Below are positions 30,446-46,108 of a stretch of 64,000 nt of DNA, piece by piece (positions within the stretch are counted from its first letter, which is position 1; each line of letters opens with the position of its first letter). This DNA comes from Octopus vulgaris (taxonomy: Eukaryota), in the NCBI GenBank assembly GCA_951406725.2, contig OX597816.1, positions 28,210,001 to 28,274,000 of the forward strand. The letters are read 5' to 3'. Position numbers and translations under genes: made by a program. The notes beneath the pieces are model-generated. The model ran no database searches. It saw nothing but the letters and a program-made list of their open reading frames with translations, and had not been told where the DNA came from.

Positions 30446-31241
30446 ATAATTATTACATTTGAAGGTTTTATTCCCATGCTGCCCACTTGATAAGATCGAT
30501 ATTTAAATTAACAATCTTATCCTTATTTATATAAATTATAAATTTATTTCGTCATTGTATTTACTGGGGTGATGTTTTAGCCATATGGCACAAAGAGTTA
30601 TAAGGCGGGCAACTTAAACTGGTCGTGTTGCATACGTGCATATATATGTATACGTTCGTATATATATAAGTATTCGCATGTTATATATATATATGCATTT
30701 ATGTTACTTTTGCGTATATTCCATTGTAGAGAAAAAGCATTTTTAATGCAAAGCCAGAAATCCCTGATCTGGAATTATCCGGTGATTCTTTGCTAGTTTA
30801 TTTTGTCTTTTTGTCTTCGTGGTTTAGAATCAGGTTTTGGCTGCTATCTCCAGCGTGGCGGTATCTCTTAGATACCCTAAATTATAATTATAATTATATA
30901 TATATATATAGTCAAACGCAAGTGTTATTCAAATCATTCATACTTCCAATATATGTTTCGAAGAGATCATTGAGATTATTCCGAAGGGAATAAAACTTAT
31001 GTAAAATAATGCAATCATCTCGCCAGGGTAAAAAGAGAAGCAAAACACATCAATAAGCCATTTTAACCGAATGTGATTACGAAGGGGAACGCTGTCAAGT
31101 TATTATTTAAAAAAACATTTATAGATTTAACGTCAAAAGCAATTCATAGAACGATAAGTGAGAGAAAGAAAGAAATTAACGGAAAATTAAGAGTGGAGAA
31201 TATAGTTTGGTAGATGAATGGGAATAAAGCTTAAAGTCTGG

Positions 31242-31305
<64 letters not shown>

Positions 31306-31369
31306 GTACTGGGAATGAAATGTCAGAAGACATTTAAAGGTCGAATTTTATAGATTGGTAGAAATTACT

Positions 31370-32060
31370 TATAGGAACTAAAGGTATGTTTTTGCCAATG
31401 TTTACAACGATAAACACGTTCTTTAAACATGTTTACAAGTCTCCAAGAAAAGGATGAGAAATTGTTTTTTGATACAGAGCGGACAAAGAAATTTCCCTTT
31501 GTGATATGGGAAGGATTGAGGTAGAATTTTCCATTCCAAATTGAATTGTTCCTTTAGAGACTAAATTAATTTACTAAGTACAATATTGTTACGTTCATTG
31601 TTATGTCTAAGTGTAGAGTAATGGTTAGATATTCTTTTCGACAACTGAGACGATGAGCAAACTATATAAAAAAAAACAAATTATAACCAGAAGTACATTT
31701 ACATTGATAAACAGTTTCTAGTCTTAGAATTACTGCGACAGAAACGAATAGGATTCGAATTTATATCAGAAATATTAATACTGTTGTTATTATTGTTCAA
31801 AGAATGGTAATCGTTAATAATATCGATGTTATTATTTTCAATAAGTGGATTTGTATTTAACAATTTATTGTTGTGTGAAGAGATGGTTTGTGAAAGGATT
31901 TTGGTGTTTGAAAACCATATCCTAATTCGGTTTAAAATGAAAATGGAATGCTATCTGGAATTTTTTTGACAATTCTTATTTATAGCTTCACGAAACTGGT
32001 AAGGGAGGTTGGATTCGATCTGCTAATAATATGGAATGATCAGTCAAACAGTTTTACTAG
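31370..32060 (-). mobile_element. Degenerate PLE (Naiad-like) linker and GIY-YIG
   Basis: Minus strand ISSHNNKLLN...TVYQCKC...SKRISNHYSTLRH...LSKLI*SLK...LEWKIL...CPLC...YRCKHWQKH. Confidence 0.7.
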
Positions 32061-32228
32061 GACACACGATGTTACCAGGGTAATTATCTTTAAAAGGCCT
32101 AGACTTATTTTTATTATGTATAGATATAAGGAACGGTTATCTTCCTTACGCAGCAAAGTTAAATTTTTCGACTCATTTATTCATTTTTCCCGTGTTATTT
32201 GTACACATTGAAAAAGTACTCATGCATT

Positions 32229-32284
<56 letters not shown>

Positions 32285-32286
<2 letters not shown>

Positions 32287-32757
32287 GTATTTTTATATAA
32301 GCTTAAAGCTTATGGCGATCACCATGCAAAGACTAAGGAAAATAATATAATAACGGGGCATATAAGCCCTCGATAGAAAAATGAAGGCTTTCCTACCCGC
32401 TTGGGATACGAACCCACATCCCTTTGTTAATGCGTGTTACTTTTGCACCAGTAAATTTGCCTCCCTGTTGCTGTCAAATTTAAGAACTATATTAGTCCTT
32501 ATTTTTTTATGTAAAAAAAATTTTCGTTATGCTTTCGGTGCGAATGGTTTTGTTATTCGGTCCTGTATTTTACAATCCTGTAAATAATAATAGTGGTACT
32601 TTTATATAAGCTTAAAGCTTATGGCGATCACTGTGCAATGACTAAGGGAAAATAGTCTAAGAACGGGACATATAAACCCTCGATAGAAAAAAAGAAGGCT
32701 TACCTACTATTGTAAAATACGACGCCGCATAACAAAACCGTTCGCACCGAAAGCATA
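32285..32757. repeat. Direct plus inverted terminal-repeat array upstream of a PLE fragment
   Basis: ~110-bp direct repeat at 32285-32398 and 32594-32705; ~48-bp inverted repeat at 32529-32577 and 32709-32757. Confidence 0.75.
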
Positions 32758-32759
32758 TA

Positions 32760-33459
32760 CGTTTATAAAAGGTATCAGTAAGCGGATTTCGAACTTATCT
32801 TCTAATAAAGATATATTCGACGCAGGGGTTCCCGCTTACAAGGAGGCGCTAGCGGCCAGTGGGTTCAAGGACCATATAGTATATACACCAGGAACGAGAT
32901 ACTGTAAAAGAAAATGCCACCGCAAGAACTAATGGTTCGCTCCCCGCTACTCCCGAGTCATACGGACATGCATAGGTAGGATTTTTCTTAGGTTGGTGGA
33001 TAAGCATTTCGCGTTATCACACAAATATAGGAAGATGTTTAAGAGAGATAGTTTAAGGATCTCTTTCAGTTGTGCACTCAATGTTAAGAAAAAATTACGT
33101 AGCACTCCTACACCACTGTCAGAGGAAAGTAGTTCATGCAGGATTAGAAATTAATGCCCAGTGGATGGTCGCTGTAACACCGAGGCTACAGTGTACCAAG
33201 CAATGGTAATCTCAAACAGGAGCAGTATAAATAACAGTAACATCAATGCCAATACAGGGACATACACTAAAATTTCAGGGTACCAGAGAGACGCAACGCA
33301 ACGACGTATGGCGCCTAAAGGACGATCGTACGCTCTTTAACATCAGATGGAAATTACTAGAAACTTTTGGACCCAATCGCAATGGAACAATGCTATGTTA
33401 ATGGCAGAAAGATACGTAATTCTCACATGAGCCAAGAGACTATCTGAAATCCAGGACGT

Positions 33460-33460
<1 letters not shown>
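32760..33460 (+). mobile_element. PLE (Naiad-like) thumb, linker and Cys-motif pseudogene fragment
   Basis: KGISKRISNLSSNKDIFD...YKEALAASGFK...WFAPRYS...IGRIFLRLVDKHF...ISFSC...CRIRN*CPVDGRCNTEATVYQAMV. Confidence 0.85.
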
Positions 33461-34815
<1,355 letters not shown>

Positions 34816-35345
34816 TATACATCTTAATCATCAGCGTCATTACCATCATCATAATGTTTACTCCCATTTCCACACGTTTGCAGAAAGTGAATGGTTAATT
34901 TGTTTAATGTATCACTCTATTGAATTTCATCCATTGTTAATGCTTTGTAAAGTTGGAAAACGTGTCTTCTTTTATATGTCTTTAACAGTTTTTCTCTTCT
35001 GTAATAAGAACAAGCATGCAACTTTTTTACAAACTATCATTCAGTCCATGACTAAACCTTAAAGATACCTCTGCAGTCTTGTACTTCCGCACGCAGAGAA
35101 TTATACAAATATCGATTTCAAATTTTGTTACAAGGTCAGCAATTTCTCGGGAGGGACAATGTCAATCGAAAACTACTTAATTCATCGAACTCGAAAGGAT
35201 GAAAAGCAAAGACCTCAGCAGCATTGGAAGTCAGAACGTGTAAAGGGACAAAATGCGGCTAAGCATATCTACTATAGCTATAACATATTTACTATCACTA
35301 TTAAAAATATATGCTTCGGTATATGTAATGAAATATGAGATATAT

Positions 35346-35760
35346 ACTCTTTACTCTTACTCTTTTACTTGTTTCAGTCATTTGACTGCGGCCATGCTGG
35401 AGCACCGCCTTTAATCGAGCAACTCGACCCCGGGACTTATTCTTTTTGTAAGTCCAGTACTTATTCGATCGGTCTCTTTTGCCGAATCGCTAAGTAATGG
35501 GGACATAAACACACCAGCATCGGCTGTTAAACAATGCTAGGGGTACAAACACAGACACACAACCATAGACACGCATACATATATATACATATATGCGACG
35601 GGCTTCTTTCAGTTTCCGTCTACCAAATCCACTCATAATGCTTTGGTCGGCCCGAGGCTATAGTAGAAGACACCTGCCCAAGGTGCCACGCAGTGGGACT
35701 GAATCCGGAACCATGTGATTGGTAAACAAGCTACTTACCACACAGCCACGCCTGCGCCTA
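35346..35760 (-). mobile_element. tRNA-derived SINE family A, full length
   Basis: Head TAGGCGCAGGCGTGGCTGTGTGGTAAG...GGATTCAGTCCC, internal (TA/TG)n and a (TAAAAGAG)-type tail. Highly similar to 62920-63326. Confidence 0.92.
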
Positions 35761-36099
35761 TATGTATACATGATAAGTATAATTGCTTTTTCCTACAAAT
35801 TTTAAGGTACGTGTTTTACGTACATATCTGTGTATGCCTTTTCCACATATGCAAGTATACGGGCGTTTAACCTTATATATGTATACAATTTATACCTTCT
35901 GATATATCTGACTTATTACGTTTATACATTTTGTATGTTGAAATTTGAACTGGCAAAATAGAAATTTATCTATTTCTTTAACTTCACTTGTCTCATTCTT
36001 TAAGTTAACTTTACGTTGGTTGAAGAGTGAAAGCACAACGGCATTTTTCTGAATAACATCATTTTCTGCAGAATAGATTATATGAACAAGAACACATCT

Positions 36100-37200
36100 C
36101 AAAATACATTGTCTGAAGAATGATAAAGAGAGATGGACTAAAGAGGTTATGAAGAGAGAGTGAATGAAAAAGTATGTGAGGGAAAAACAGAGTGGTAAAA
36201 GAAGATAATTGCGAGAAAGAAATAGTATCAACAAAGAATGCAAACCATATTTCATAATGTGAATGAGAGAATCAATGAGAAACTTAGTGGGAGATTTATA
36301 GAGCAATGTTGAGAGGTATATAACGGAGAGTAAGTGGAATTGAAGGAGAGCTGAGGGATAATGTGAGCTAAAAGAATGAATATGAAAATGGAAGATAGGA
36401 GAGGACCGACGGTGGTCGGAGAGAAAGAGAGAACGGGAGAGAGCGAAAGTTTTAGCTGGCATCGAGAAGAATAATGTAAATAGGTAGAGAGACGCAGAGG
36501 TGGAATGTGGGAGAGTAGTCGAACAAATGGAGAAAGGGAGGAAGGTAGATGGAGATTAAGAATATAGGGAGAGTGAATGTGAAAATAGTAAGAAGATAAA
36601 CAGAGGTGGAATCTCGTGGAGATATCTAGAGAAAGAGGGAGAGAGAAAGATAGAGAGGGAAAGAAAGAGAGAACCAGTTGGTAAAATATGGAAATGAAAT
36701 CTATCAAACGAGATGGGGAAATAGAAATTTGAACAAATTAGTAATATAGAAAATAATGAAAGAGAAGGTAGACTAAAAGAATGAGAGAGGGAGAGAAGAA
36801 ATAGACAAATGTGAGGAAGAGATTAAAGCAGATAAATATATTATGAAGAGTAAAGAGACGGGGAGAGAAAAAGTAAGGGTTACAGACAAAAATATTAGAG
36901 AGGCAGAGAGTGAGAGAGAGAGATAAATAGAATGAAGCAATGAATAACAGAGAAAAGACGAAAGACGGGGTGAGAGTGGCCTACATATGTTTTCAAATTA
37001 GGCCATTTACTACGTTGTTGAGAGAGGTAGAGAGAGAGAGAGAGAGAGATAGAGCGGGAGAGAGAAAGTTAAGTACATTCTTAAAGAATGTAATGGAATG
37101 AGCTATATATAAGTAATCAGATTGAAAAGCGAGCGTGAGAGTGAACGCGTGAGAGCGAGAGTGAGAGAGAAAAAATATTGAATGAAAAGAAAATTCCACG
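36100..37200. repeat. Purine-rich (GA) low-complexity region
   Basis: Strong A/G strand bias with degenerate GA repeats. Confidence 0.7.
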
Positions 37201-37555
37201 GCAAATAGGGTTGAGAAACGAAGTAATCTACTTCTGGCTTCAAATACCTATTTTTCTTGCCCCATTCCAAAAGGCATCACCAATCATAGGCTTCCGCTTT
37301 TTCCATGCATAAAGTAGTTCGTTACTGAATCAGTCTTCTGCCATTAGATGATAAATCCATCGAATATCTTGTCTCTGTATCTTTGAAGTTGTCACTTACT
37401 CGCAGGTATGGCTGCCAGATTGCGAAATCTACTTCCACATGTGCCGGGTGTGGGTTCACTCCCCATGACCAGTACATGTAGAAAATAATTATTGGTAATG
37501 CTTCAGTCAGAATAATACAATGAGAGTGAATTTAGTAGAAGGTATATATATATAC

Positions 37556-37914
<359 letters not shown>

Positions 37915-37916
<2 letters not shown>

Positions 37917-38120
37917 TTTATTTAAAGCAGCAGAAAATTCAACAAAACCTGTTACTCTGAGTTTCCCGTTGCCGTTCATCGGACGGTTTTTGCTAGAAAA
38001 AAATGTCCGATGAACGGCGACGGGAAACTCAGAGTAACAGGTTTTGTTGAATTTTCTGCTGCTTTAAATAAAGCATATTACTCTACCACTGGTATTTGAG
38101 TACATTTATGTGTTTACTCC

Positions 38121-38125
<5 letters not shown>
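37915..38125. mobile_element. Fold-back hammerhead element in (TA)n
   Basis: Arms at about 37915-37990 and 37997-38073. Each strand reads TCCGATGA-ACG-GCRA-CGG-GAAAC-TCAGA-GTA-ACAGG. Confidence 0.75.
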
Positions 38126-38157
<32 letters not shown>

Positions 38158-38160
<3 letters not shown>

Positions 38161-38215
38161 GGCCGCCCCCACGTTATCGAGTATGGCCATTGCACGAAGC
38201 TTAACTGTTACTGGT
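38158..38215 (-). mobile_element. RTE-like LINE extreme 3' tail
   Basis: Near-identical to 163-221. Confidence 0.7.
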
Positions 38216-38571
38216 GCGCGGGTATATAGAAATAAAATATATATATATATACACACACACACACCTCATACGCACATACACACAAAGTGGCGCACGAAAT
38301 ATAGCTAATGGGTGTTCAGGCACCTAAAGTTGAGGCCATCTCGTTTCACATGTGTACAGCAATTAGAAGTGGACGACAAGAGCAAACGAAATAAATTACT
38401 GCACATAGCTGCAGAATAGCAATTACACGTGGTCAAAATAACACAACGACTCTTGCAGAGAAGTTTGGCGTTCTTTTTTCGTGCGTGTAAATTTATTTGT
38501 GTATTTACGTTATACAACGAAAACAAGCTCCTTTTTCATGCGCTAACTTGTGTGTGAGTTATATATATATA

Positions 38572-38814
38572 TAACTTATAAACAAGGGCAAAAGAAAAAT
38601 TATTTCTCTTCCAATATGCTGAGAACAGACTTTAGATCGTTAATCTCCACATTACACGAAATTTTAAAAAATTCTGTTAGCTTGGTTTCCTCGATTACAG
38701 CACGACGTGTATTTACAGTGAATGTATATTGTAATGTGGAAATTGACGATTTAAAGTCGGTTCTCAGTATATTGGCATAGAAATAATTTTTATTTTTGTC
38801 CTTGTTTATAAGTT
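38572..38814. repeat. ~85-bp inverted repeat (fold-back element)
   Basis: AACTTATAAACAAGGGCAAAA...TCCACATTACA versus TGTAATGTGGA...TTTTGTCCTTGTTTATAAGTT. Confidence 0.8.
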
Positions 38815-38901
38815 GTTTAGAATTTTAACCTTTAAATGTATTTTAATATGCTGCCACTTTTGATGAATTTTTTTCTGAAAAAATATTATCCTATATAAGT
38901 A

Positions 38902-38961
<60 letters not shown>

Positions 38962-39334
38962 ACGTAACGTTTGCCACCATAAAGAGTATTAGGAAATAGG
39001 GTATATACACCATAATGAATTTTTATCAAATTTCCCAACCCCATCAATTTTTTTCTTTCTCTTTCATTTCTTGCTTAGTCTAATCTATTTTATATTTTCA
39101 TGAAAGAATTATTTGGAAATCATTACACATTCATATAACGAACGATCGTTTCACGATAATACTATTCTACTATTCAATTATTGTATTTATAATGCACCTG
39201 TTTTAAAATGGCATACAGGTTGTGTACAACTTTTTAAAAATTGAAATCCAAAACTTCTTTCATGAAAATGAAAAGCAAAATTTTGATTTAATACTAAATT
39301 GAAGTTTACCATGTAAGTTTGGAGTTTGACTCCC

Positions 39335-39436
<102 letters not shown>

Positions 39437-41157
39437 AGAGTAAGCACATCAATGTGCTATTGTGAAACGATGTGGAAAAATAGTACTCGAATAACGGAGG
39501 TAGAGTAATATGCTTTATTAATAAAGTGAAAAAGGCATCAGAAAAGCTTTTACTCAGAGTCTCAACCAAAACTGACCGATGAGCGGGAACGTATGTAGAT
39601 CAATAAATTGGTAAGATATAACTCAGAGAAATCAACCGCATGAATATCAATTATTAAATTAGTATTAGCATATATATTATGTTAATTATGAAACAGTTAA
39701 TTAGATAATTGTTTCGTGACGGGAAATGCCACTAAATTAAGCATTAACATAATTTGAATAATTTCAAATCTGATCATGAGCCATTCATAATAGAATTCTT
39801 CATTCAAAAAGACTTCAATGCAATTATTGAAAAAAATAAAGCAAGATTTTGCGAAACAAGGAAGTAGGCATGGGAAAGTAGCTTAATACAGTCGAAGAAT
39901 CGTTTCTATTGTTTTGATGTCTTAGTCTGTTCCAGTGAAGAATTTATCATCAAAGCTATATCAGTAGTGAATAATTTGTTCTCTTATGGGTAACATTTCC
40001 ATTGTTCTTGTTATTGCTATTGATGTCAATGTTTAAATTAAAGCCTGGTCTGATCCAAGAGACCTGATATCTTGACCGTGAGCTTTAAAATAAATATGTA
40101 TCGCCAAACCATTCTGTATAAATTGGCCTTCATTTCTAACACTGTGTGATCTTATAGAATGCTATTACTATTTCTAGGAACCGAAACGATAAGTTCCCAT
40201 ATACACTTATATATTTCAGGATATTACTTTTCTTTAGCGTTCAGCGAATTTCGATTTTGTTTTCAGTACTGCATAGAATTAACTTTTTTAGGGTATCCTT
40301 CCTTGCTCAATATGTTGGGGTGTGGTTTGAATGAGATCTACCTGCTAAGACGGGTCGGTACAGTGAACATGCATTCGAACCCTTCATGGGCTGCTAATAC
40401 CTACACATTTACAAAACCATAGAGTCATATTATATAACTAATACTAGGTTAAATACTGTAAGCGTGAAATTCCAGTGCCTTTTATTGGAGGACAGTTTAT
40501 TCACATCTCTAATAATATATTATGTCCCATGTTAAATATAATGCGAAATAAATTCTGCAGCCTACGTTCATCTTTCAAGTTTCCAAAATATAATTTATTA
40601 AATTTCTGTTCACATTTGACAACTAAAATAGAAAATTAACTGAAATTTATCAAAGTCTGTTATAGACGTATACATCAAAACTGCCGTATGGAAGAGAATT
40701 CTCAGAAAATTGTCTCAGAGTTTGACAGTAATATAGAACGAAGTCAACATTTCGATATAGGATGAAAAAGAAGTAAAAGCTTAAAAGAAAAACGAAAAAT
40801 AAAGAAAACAAAAATCACAGATGAAAAACTTGCAGCTTTTCCGAGATGTTCTTTACGTGCAGAGGTATAATCTTCTGTTCTAAGTTTGAAAGAGATTAAT
40901 GCTTCATTCCATCATAAAATTATTTTATTGGTAATACGTGTATGTACTGAGATATATATGTTCAATAAATAACATACGAATCGATATCATACGTATTTTT
41001 AAGTTGCTACAAAAGCAGGTACATACACTCGCATATATATCCGTGCACGGACGGCGCACAAACACAGACACACACACACACATACACACACATATATATA
41101 CATATACATACTTATATGTATATATACCTATATGTTTGTGTGTGTGCGTGTGTACAC

Positions 41158-41204
<47 letters not shown>

Positions 41205-41228
41205 TATGTACACACACTCAGTTATGTA

Positions 41229-41267
<39 letters not shown>

Positions 41268-41326
41268 ATTTATATATGTATATATGTGTAGGTATACATA
41301 TATATACATACATATATATGTGTGTG

Positions 41327-41359
<33 letters not shown>

Positions 41360-42024
41360 GTGTATATATATATGTATATGTATATGTATATATATATGTA
41401 TATGTATGTATGTATATATATATATATATTAGAAGACTGTGTGGGCGGTACTTAGAATATATGTTGCCATTTGACAAAATCAATGATAGTAATCAGTCTG
41501 CCCGAGTGTGTATCATTACACGCAATAATAAATCTTGCAGAACTAGCTGCACGTGTATGCATTTTGCTGATGTTATGCAATGTTGATCTCTCCCCTTTTC
41601 TGCTTAAACATACACACACACGCGCGCTCACTCACATGCACGCACACATACACACACTGACACGTATATGCACACACACACATACAGATGTGTGAGTATG
41701 TGGATGGATGGTTATGTATGTACGTATGAATATATATAATATTTGTATATATCTTTCTAAAATATACATGTGTGTATGTGTGTACGTGTTGTGTGTGTTG
41801 CGTAGGTTTCTGAATGCTTGCTTGCAGGTGTCTGTATGTTTATTTTTTCTATTGTTTAACAGCCATTTGTGTTTAACGAATCATGACTTAGCAGTCCGGC
41901 AAGAAGAAACTGTTGAAAAAGTACTAAACCTAAAATGTTAAATGGTATCTGAACAACTCTCTTTTTAAAGATTGTGCTCCATCATGAGCACAGTTCAGCA
42001 TGGAGACGATATAAAATATTAATT

Positions 42025-42427
42025 ATGGAGTGGCTGTGTGGTAAGTAGCCTGTTTACCAACCACATGGTTCCGGGTTCAGTCCCACTGCGTGGTACCTTG
42101 GGCAAGTGTCTCCTACTATAGCCTCGGGCCGACCAAAGCCTTGTGAGTGGATTTGGTAGACGGAAAATGAAAGAAGCCCGTCGTATATATGTATATATAT
42201 ATATATGTATGTGTGTATGTTTGTGTGTCTGTGTTTGTCCCCCTAGCATTGCTTGACAACCGATGCTGGTGTGTTTATGTCCCTGTCACCTAGCGGTTCG
42301 GCAAAAAGAGACCGATAGAATAAGTACTGGGCTTACAAAGAATAAGTGCCGGGGTTGAGTTGCTCGATTAAAAGGCGGTGCTCCAGTATGGCCGCAGTCA
42401 AACTACTGAAACAAGTAAAAAGAGTAT
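42025..42427 (+). mobile_element. tRNA-derived SINE family A, near full length
   Basis: GGAGTGGCTGTGTGGTAAGTAGC...GGTTCAGTCCCACTGCGTGG...GCCGCAGTCAAA...GAAACAAGTAAAAAGAG. Confidence 0.92.
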
Positions 42428-42959
42428 ACCTAATTACTTATCAGTTGTAATATTCGGAACCTCAATACTAGAATACTTCTCAATCTTGGAGGGAGGAGAG
42501 ACAAATTATCCCTATTGGTATTTGAATTCCAAACTAACAGAAATAAGAAAAACGGAAGAATTTCCATTGATGCTTTTCTTCCCTGTTCTAATGATTTTTC
42601 GCTTCATCCACCCGTATTATTGTATATTAAAGCGCCAAGAAACGTTAACACACCAGGCAAAAGGCTAAGTGGCCTTACGTCAAATTCGACCGCAATCGAA
42701 ATTGCATTTATTTCATCCTTTCGAAGATGACAAAATATGAACCGATTGAGAACCGATGTAGTCGAATACCCGCATCCCGAAAGTGCTGGCCTTACACAAA
42801 AACTTGAAATGAATATGATAGTGGTATGTATGGTGGCGAGCTGGCAGAACCGTTGCCCTGCCTGAAAAGAAAAATTTGGAAAAGAACAAATATCTCCCTT
42901 TCATAGGCGACTTGAGACTCTTTAGAACAAATGAAGACCAGCTGAATTCACGGATTGAA

Positions 42960-44290
42960 CAGTGTATTATTTTATCGAGGACATTGGAATGGAATTTAGA
43001 CTGCAAAATACGTTAAAAAGTCCAACAAGTGGATGTCATGAAGAGGCCTACAAGAGAGGTAATGAAGAGAATAGAAAAAGCAGGATACAGGCATATGCGT
43101 AAACTGGGCGTTGGTGAACTTATGGAAAGTAAAATAAATAAGTTATTCTCTAGGGAGTATTGCAGGAATTGATTCTGAAGATTAACTCGAATGTAAGGAA
43201 TAAGTTCTAAGCCATTATTCATGCGCATTTGCTCTCTTGGGATGAAGCAGAAGTGCAGCGAATATATCAGAGGCATCGCAAAGTTTGGATAAGAAAGTAG
43301 CGAAACTGCTGACAATATACAGACCCTTCTAACTAAAGAGTGATGTTGATATTTACACCTTACTAGAAATAAAATGAAGGAGGTGATTGAAAAGTTGTAA
43401 GGATTGTACTCCGACAAAGGAAAGCAACATTGTTTAGACTATAAAAGGGAGCATTATATACACAAATAAGGAAGATAGTTCTATTACATACGAAAAGCAA
43501 CCAGGACATGCTGAATTTCGAAATAATGGCACAACGATTTGATAAAGCCAGTGGAACGATAAGATAATGCACAGTCGTTTCTTAAGAGAGATTCCGCGGG
43601 ACGTAGACTCAGATGAAAAAAGGTTGTGGTTACAAAGGAGCGATCTGAAACCCTAAACGGAGGCCTTGATACCTGCAGTGCGGGAACACTCATTGAGATC
43701 TAAATGCGTCACGCACAGAATTGGCTAATCTGCAGAATCTGAGAATTGCAGAATGTATAGTGGTACCGATGAGACACCGTATTTTTCAGCCAATTCTTTA
43801 AACAAGTCGACAGAGAATCCAAGAGAATGCATAGCAATGACGACAGAATTGTCCACTGGAAACTAAGTAACACATTTCGATTGAAAAGGGCGAAAGGATG
43901 TGGTAGAAAATAACAGGGTTAAGATGCTTTGGAACTTCATGATCCAATGTCGTCACAGAGTTAATCATCAGAGAGCCGATATTGTACTGGTTAATGAAGA
44001 AAACACATGCCTGATCATACCCCCACCCCGCTTGCCCTATTGATTACAGAGTCGTCGAGGATGGGGAATCTAGAGGATAGAAATCAGAAAGCTGTGGTTA
44101 ATGAGAAAAATTTATATACTTCCAATATTTGTTGATGCGCGAGGAATATACAGCAAAAAAAAAAACTAAAAATATGTTGGCAATGTTAGGTATAAATACG
44201 AATAGAGAGCACATGCACGAAACAATATTACTTCGTAGCGCAAAGAATCTCTCTGGAATTCTGGAGATTTGAAAAGAAACCACCTCCTTA
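42960..44290 (+). mobile_element. Degenerate RLE-type non-LTR retrotransposon (R4/Dong/NeSL-like) C-terminal fragment
   Basis: KYLGVGE...KSDVD...WLQRSDLKP*TEALI...ENCRMYSGTDET...RIVHWKL...KMLWNFMIQCRHRVNHQRADIVLVN, i.e. remnants of the CCHC/RH and PD-(D/E)xK region. Confidence 0.7.
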
Positions 44291-44797
44291 GTTCATGGTA
44301 AGTAAACAAGTGGTATATTAATGATACCTCCAGCAATAAGTCCAGCAACAACAATCATAATAATTCTTTCGACTATATGCACATGGCCTGAAATACGCGG
44401 GTGTGAGTGGGGGGATGAGCTAGTTGATTACACCGACTATTCGACTGCAGCGTGCAGAAACTCCAATGTCAGTTTTCATAATATTTACACAAAACTGTTT
44501 GATTAAATATTCTTCCTTTTCCTTTCCTTTTTCCGTTTCTTTTCTACTTTTTTCTCTATTTTTACTTTCTTGTGTGTATAAGCCATTTAAAACGCTCTTA
44601 TTTTCCAAATCGTTTGCCATAACAAATAGTAAAATTAGTGAATGATAGAGGTTTCCAGAACATTGTCAATAAAATATATATCACTAAAATAAAACTTTCC
44701 AGCGTATCAAAAATACCGCACATTACGCAATTGATTTATTTCTCGTAAGAAGTTTTCTGAATAATTAAACACAACCTATCTTGGCTTTATATTTAAC

Positions 44798-44892
44798 AGA
44801 TGAGGAATTAGGTACATTATTTACATTTGACGGATATTTGTCCTCATCTTCTATGTTGTTAACACAACGTTTCGGCTGATTTACCCTCCAGT
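44798..44892 (-). mobile_element. Terminal fragment of the PLE hammerhead cassette (3' half of the HHR)
   Basis: Matches 7865-7957 (CAGCCGAAACGTTGTGTTAACAAC...AATGTAAATAATGTAC). Confidence 0.8.
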
Positions 44893-45679
44893 CGAATAGA
44901 TTTTTTTTATACTTCTACATTTTCCAACACTCACACCAATCACTCTCACTGCAACTCTTCATAATTGATGATCGTTAATTAATTTTTCATTAACATCTTA
45001 GAAATCATCAGATGAAACTAAAATGAATTGTAATCAAGTACTTTTTCAACCCCAATAAATACCCAATAAATATCACACACATCACGTTCGCGCACGCACA
45101 CTCACACACCCACATACACATATGTACGTAAGTATAGTAACATATAGTTATTGTATATGTATTTTTTAGTTTCATACGTCAGTTTTCTTTAAATAGAAGC
45201 ACATCTTAAGAAGTTGTTGACTAAATCCTAATATTAAAAGAAAGATATTTGACTAATCTTTACGCGAGAGAAAACGGCATTTTGAGTGAATGAGTTTTTT
45301 TGTTAGTTGCAACACCCCTTTAACAATTTGTATAATTTGTATTCAAATTTTTCAAGTGTTTAAATTATTTGTTGACGCGTGTGTTGCTGTGGCTGGTTTG
45401 AACGATGGTCATTCTTTGTATAAGAGATTTTATTATTAAATGAGAAAGAAAATAATGATTAATTTACATGGTGATTTGTGTAATTGCTAGACTAGTACAA
45501 GACGGCTGCCAGATTGACTTCACAGATAGATTTCTTAATTATCTTTTCTGAAGTGGTCGTATTTCTTCCTGCTAAACAAAATATGCAAACTGTTTGCTAC
45601 TAAGCTACTTCAGTTAAGACTAACTTAAGAAAAGTTCCTGGTTGTGCTAGATAACCATTTTCCCTATAATTATAGATAC

Positions 45680-45875
45680 GACTGTCGCTACCAACGATCG
45701 AACGGTCCGGTGAGGTCCTCAGATCTGGCCGACGAGTCCGCTTACGCGCAGCGGCCTTCCGCGCCGTCGTCGGTGCGTTCTCTGATGGCCCAGAGAAGAC
45801 GACCGAATCGGATCGCTTAGACGAAGTAAAATTCGTAACAAGGCTTCCGTAGATGAACCTGCGGAATGATCATTA
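45680..45875 (+). pseudogene. 18S rRNA 3'-terminal fragment (retrocopy)
   Basis: GTCGCTAC...GAAGTAAAATTCGTAACAAGGCTTCCGTAGATGAACCTGCGGAATGATCATTA is the conserved 18S 3' end (AAGTCGTAACAAGGTTTCCGTAGGTGAACCTGCGGAAGGATCATTA) with point changes. No ITS1 follows. Confidence 0.92.
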
Positions 45876-46108
45876 AAGGCGGCGAGCTGGCAGAAACGTT
45901 AGCATGTCGGGCGAAATGCTTAGCGGTTTTTTGTCTGCCGTTACATTCTGAGTTCAAATCCCGCGGAGGTCAACTTTGTTTTCGTCATTTTGGGATCGAT
46001 AAATTAAGTACCAGTGGCGCAATGGGTCGATGTAATCGACTTAATCCCTTTGTTTGTCCTTGTTTGTCCCCTCTGTGTTTAGCCCCTTGTGGGTAGTAAA
46101 GAAATAAG
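45876..46108 (+). mobile_element. tRNA-derived SINE family B, full length, fused to the 18S fragment
   Basis: AAGGCGGCGAGCTGGCAGAAACGTTAGC...GTGGGTAGTAAAGAAATAAG. The shared TSD AATTATAGATAC lies at 45668-45679 and 46109-46120. Confidence 0.92.

Noticed and set aside
33130-33200. Selenocysteine read-through in the Naiad-like Cys motif
   Set aside because: The in-frame stop there is TAA and is not at a Cys position. No SECIS was recognised.
35890-36707. 190-aa and 151-aa hydrophobic minus-strand ORFs
   Set aside because: Products of a GA-rich low-complexity tract (L/S/F bias).
45680-45875. rDNA unit
   Set aside because: Only ~200 nt, with substitutions at conserved sites and no ITS1/5.8S. 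It is a TSD-flanked retrocopy.
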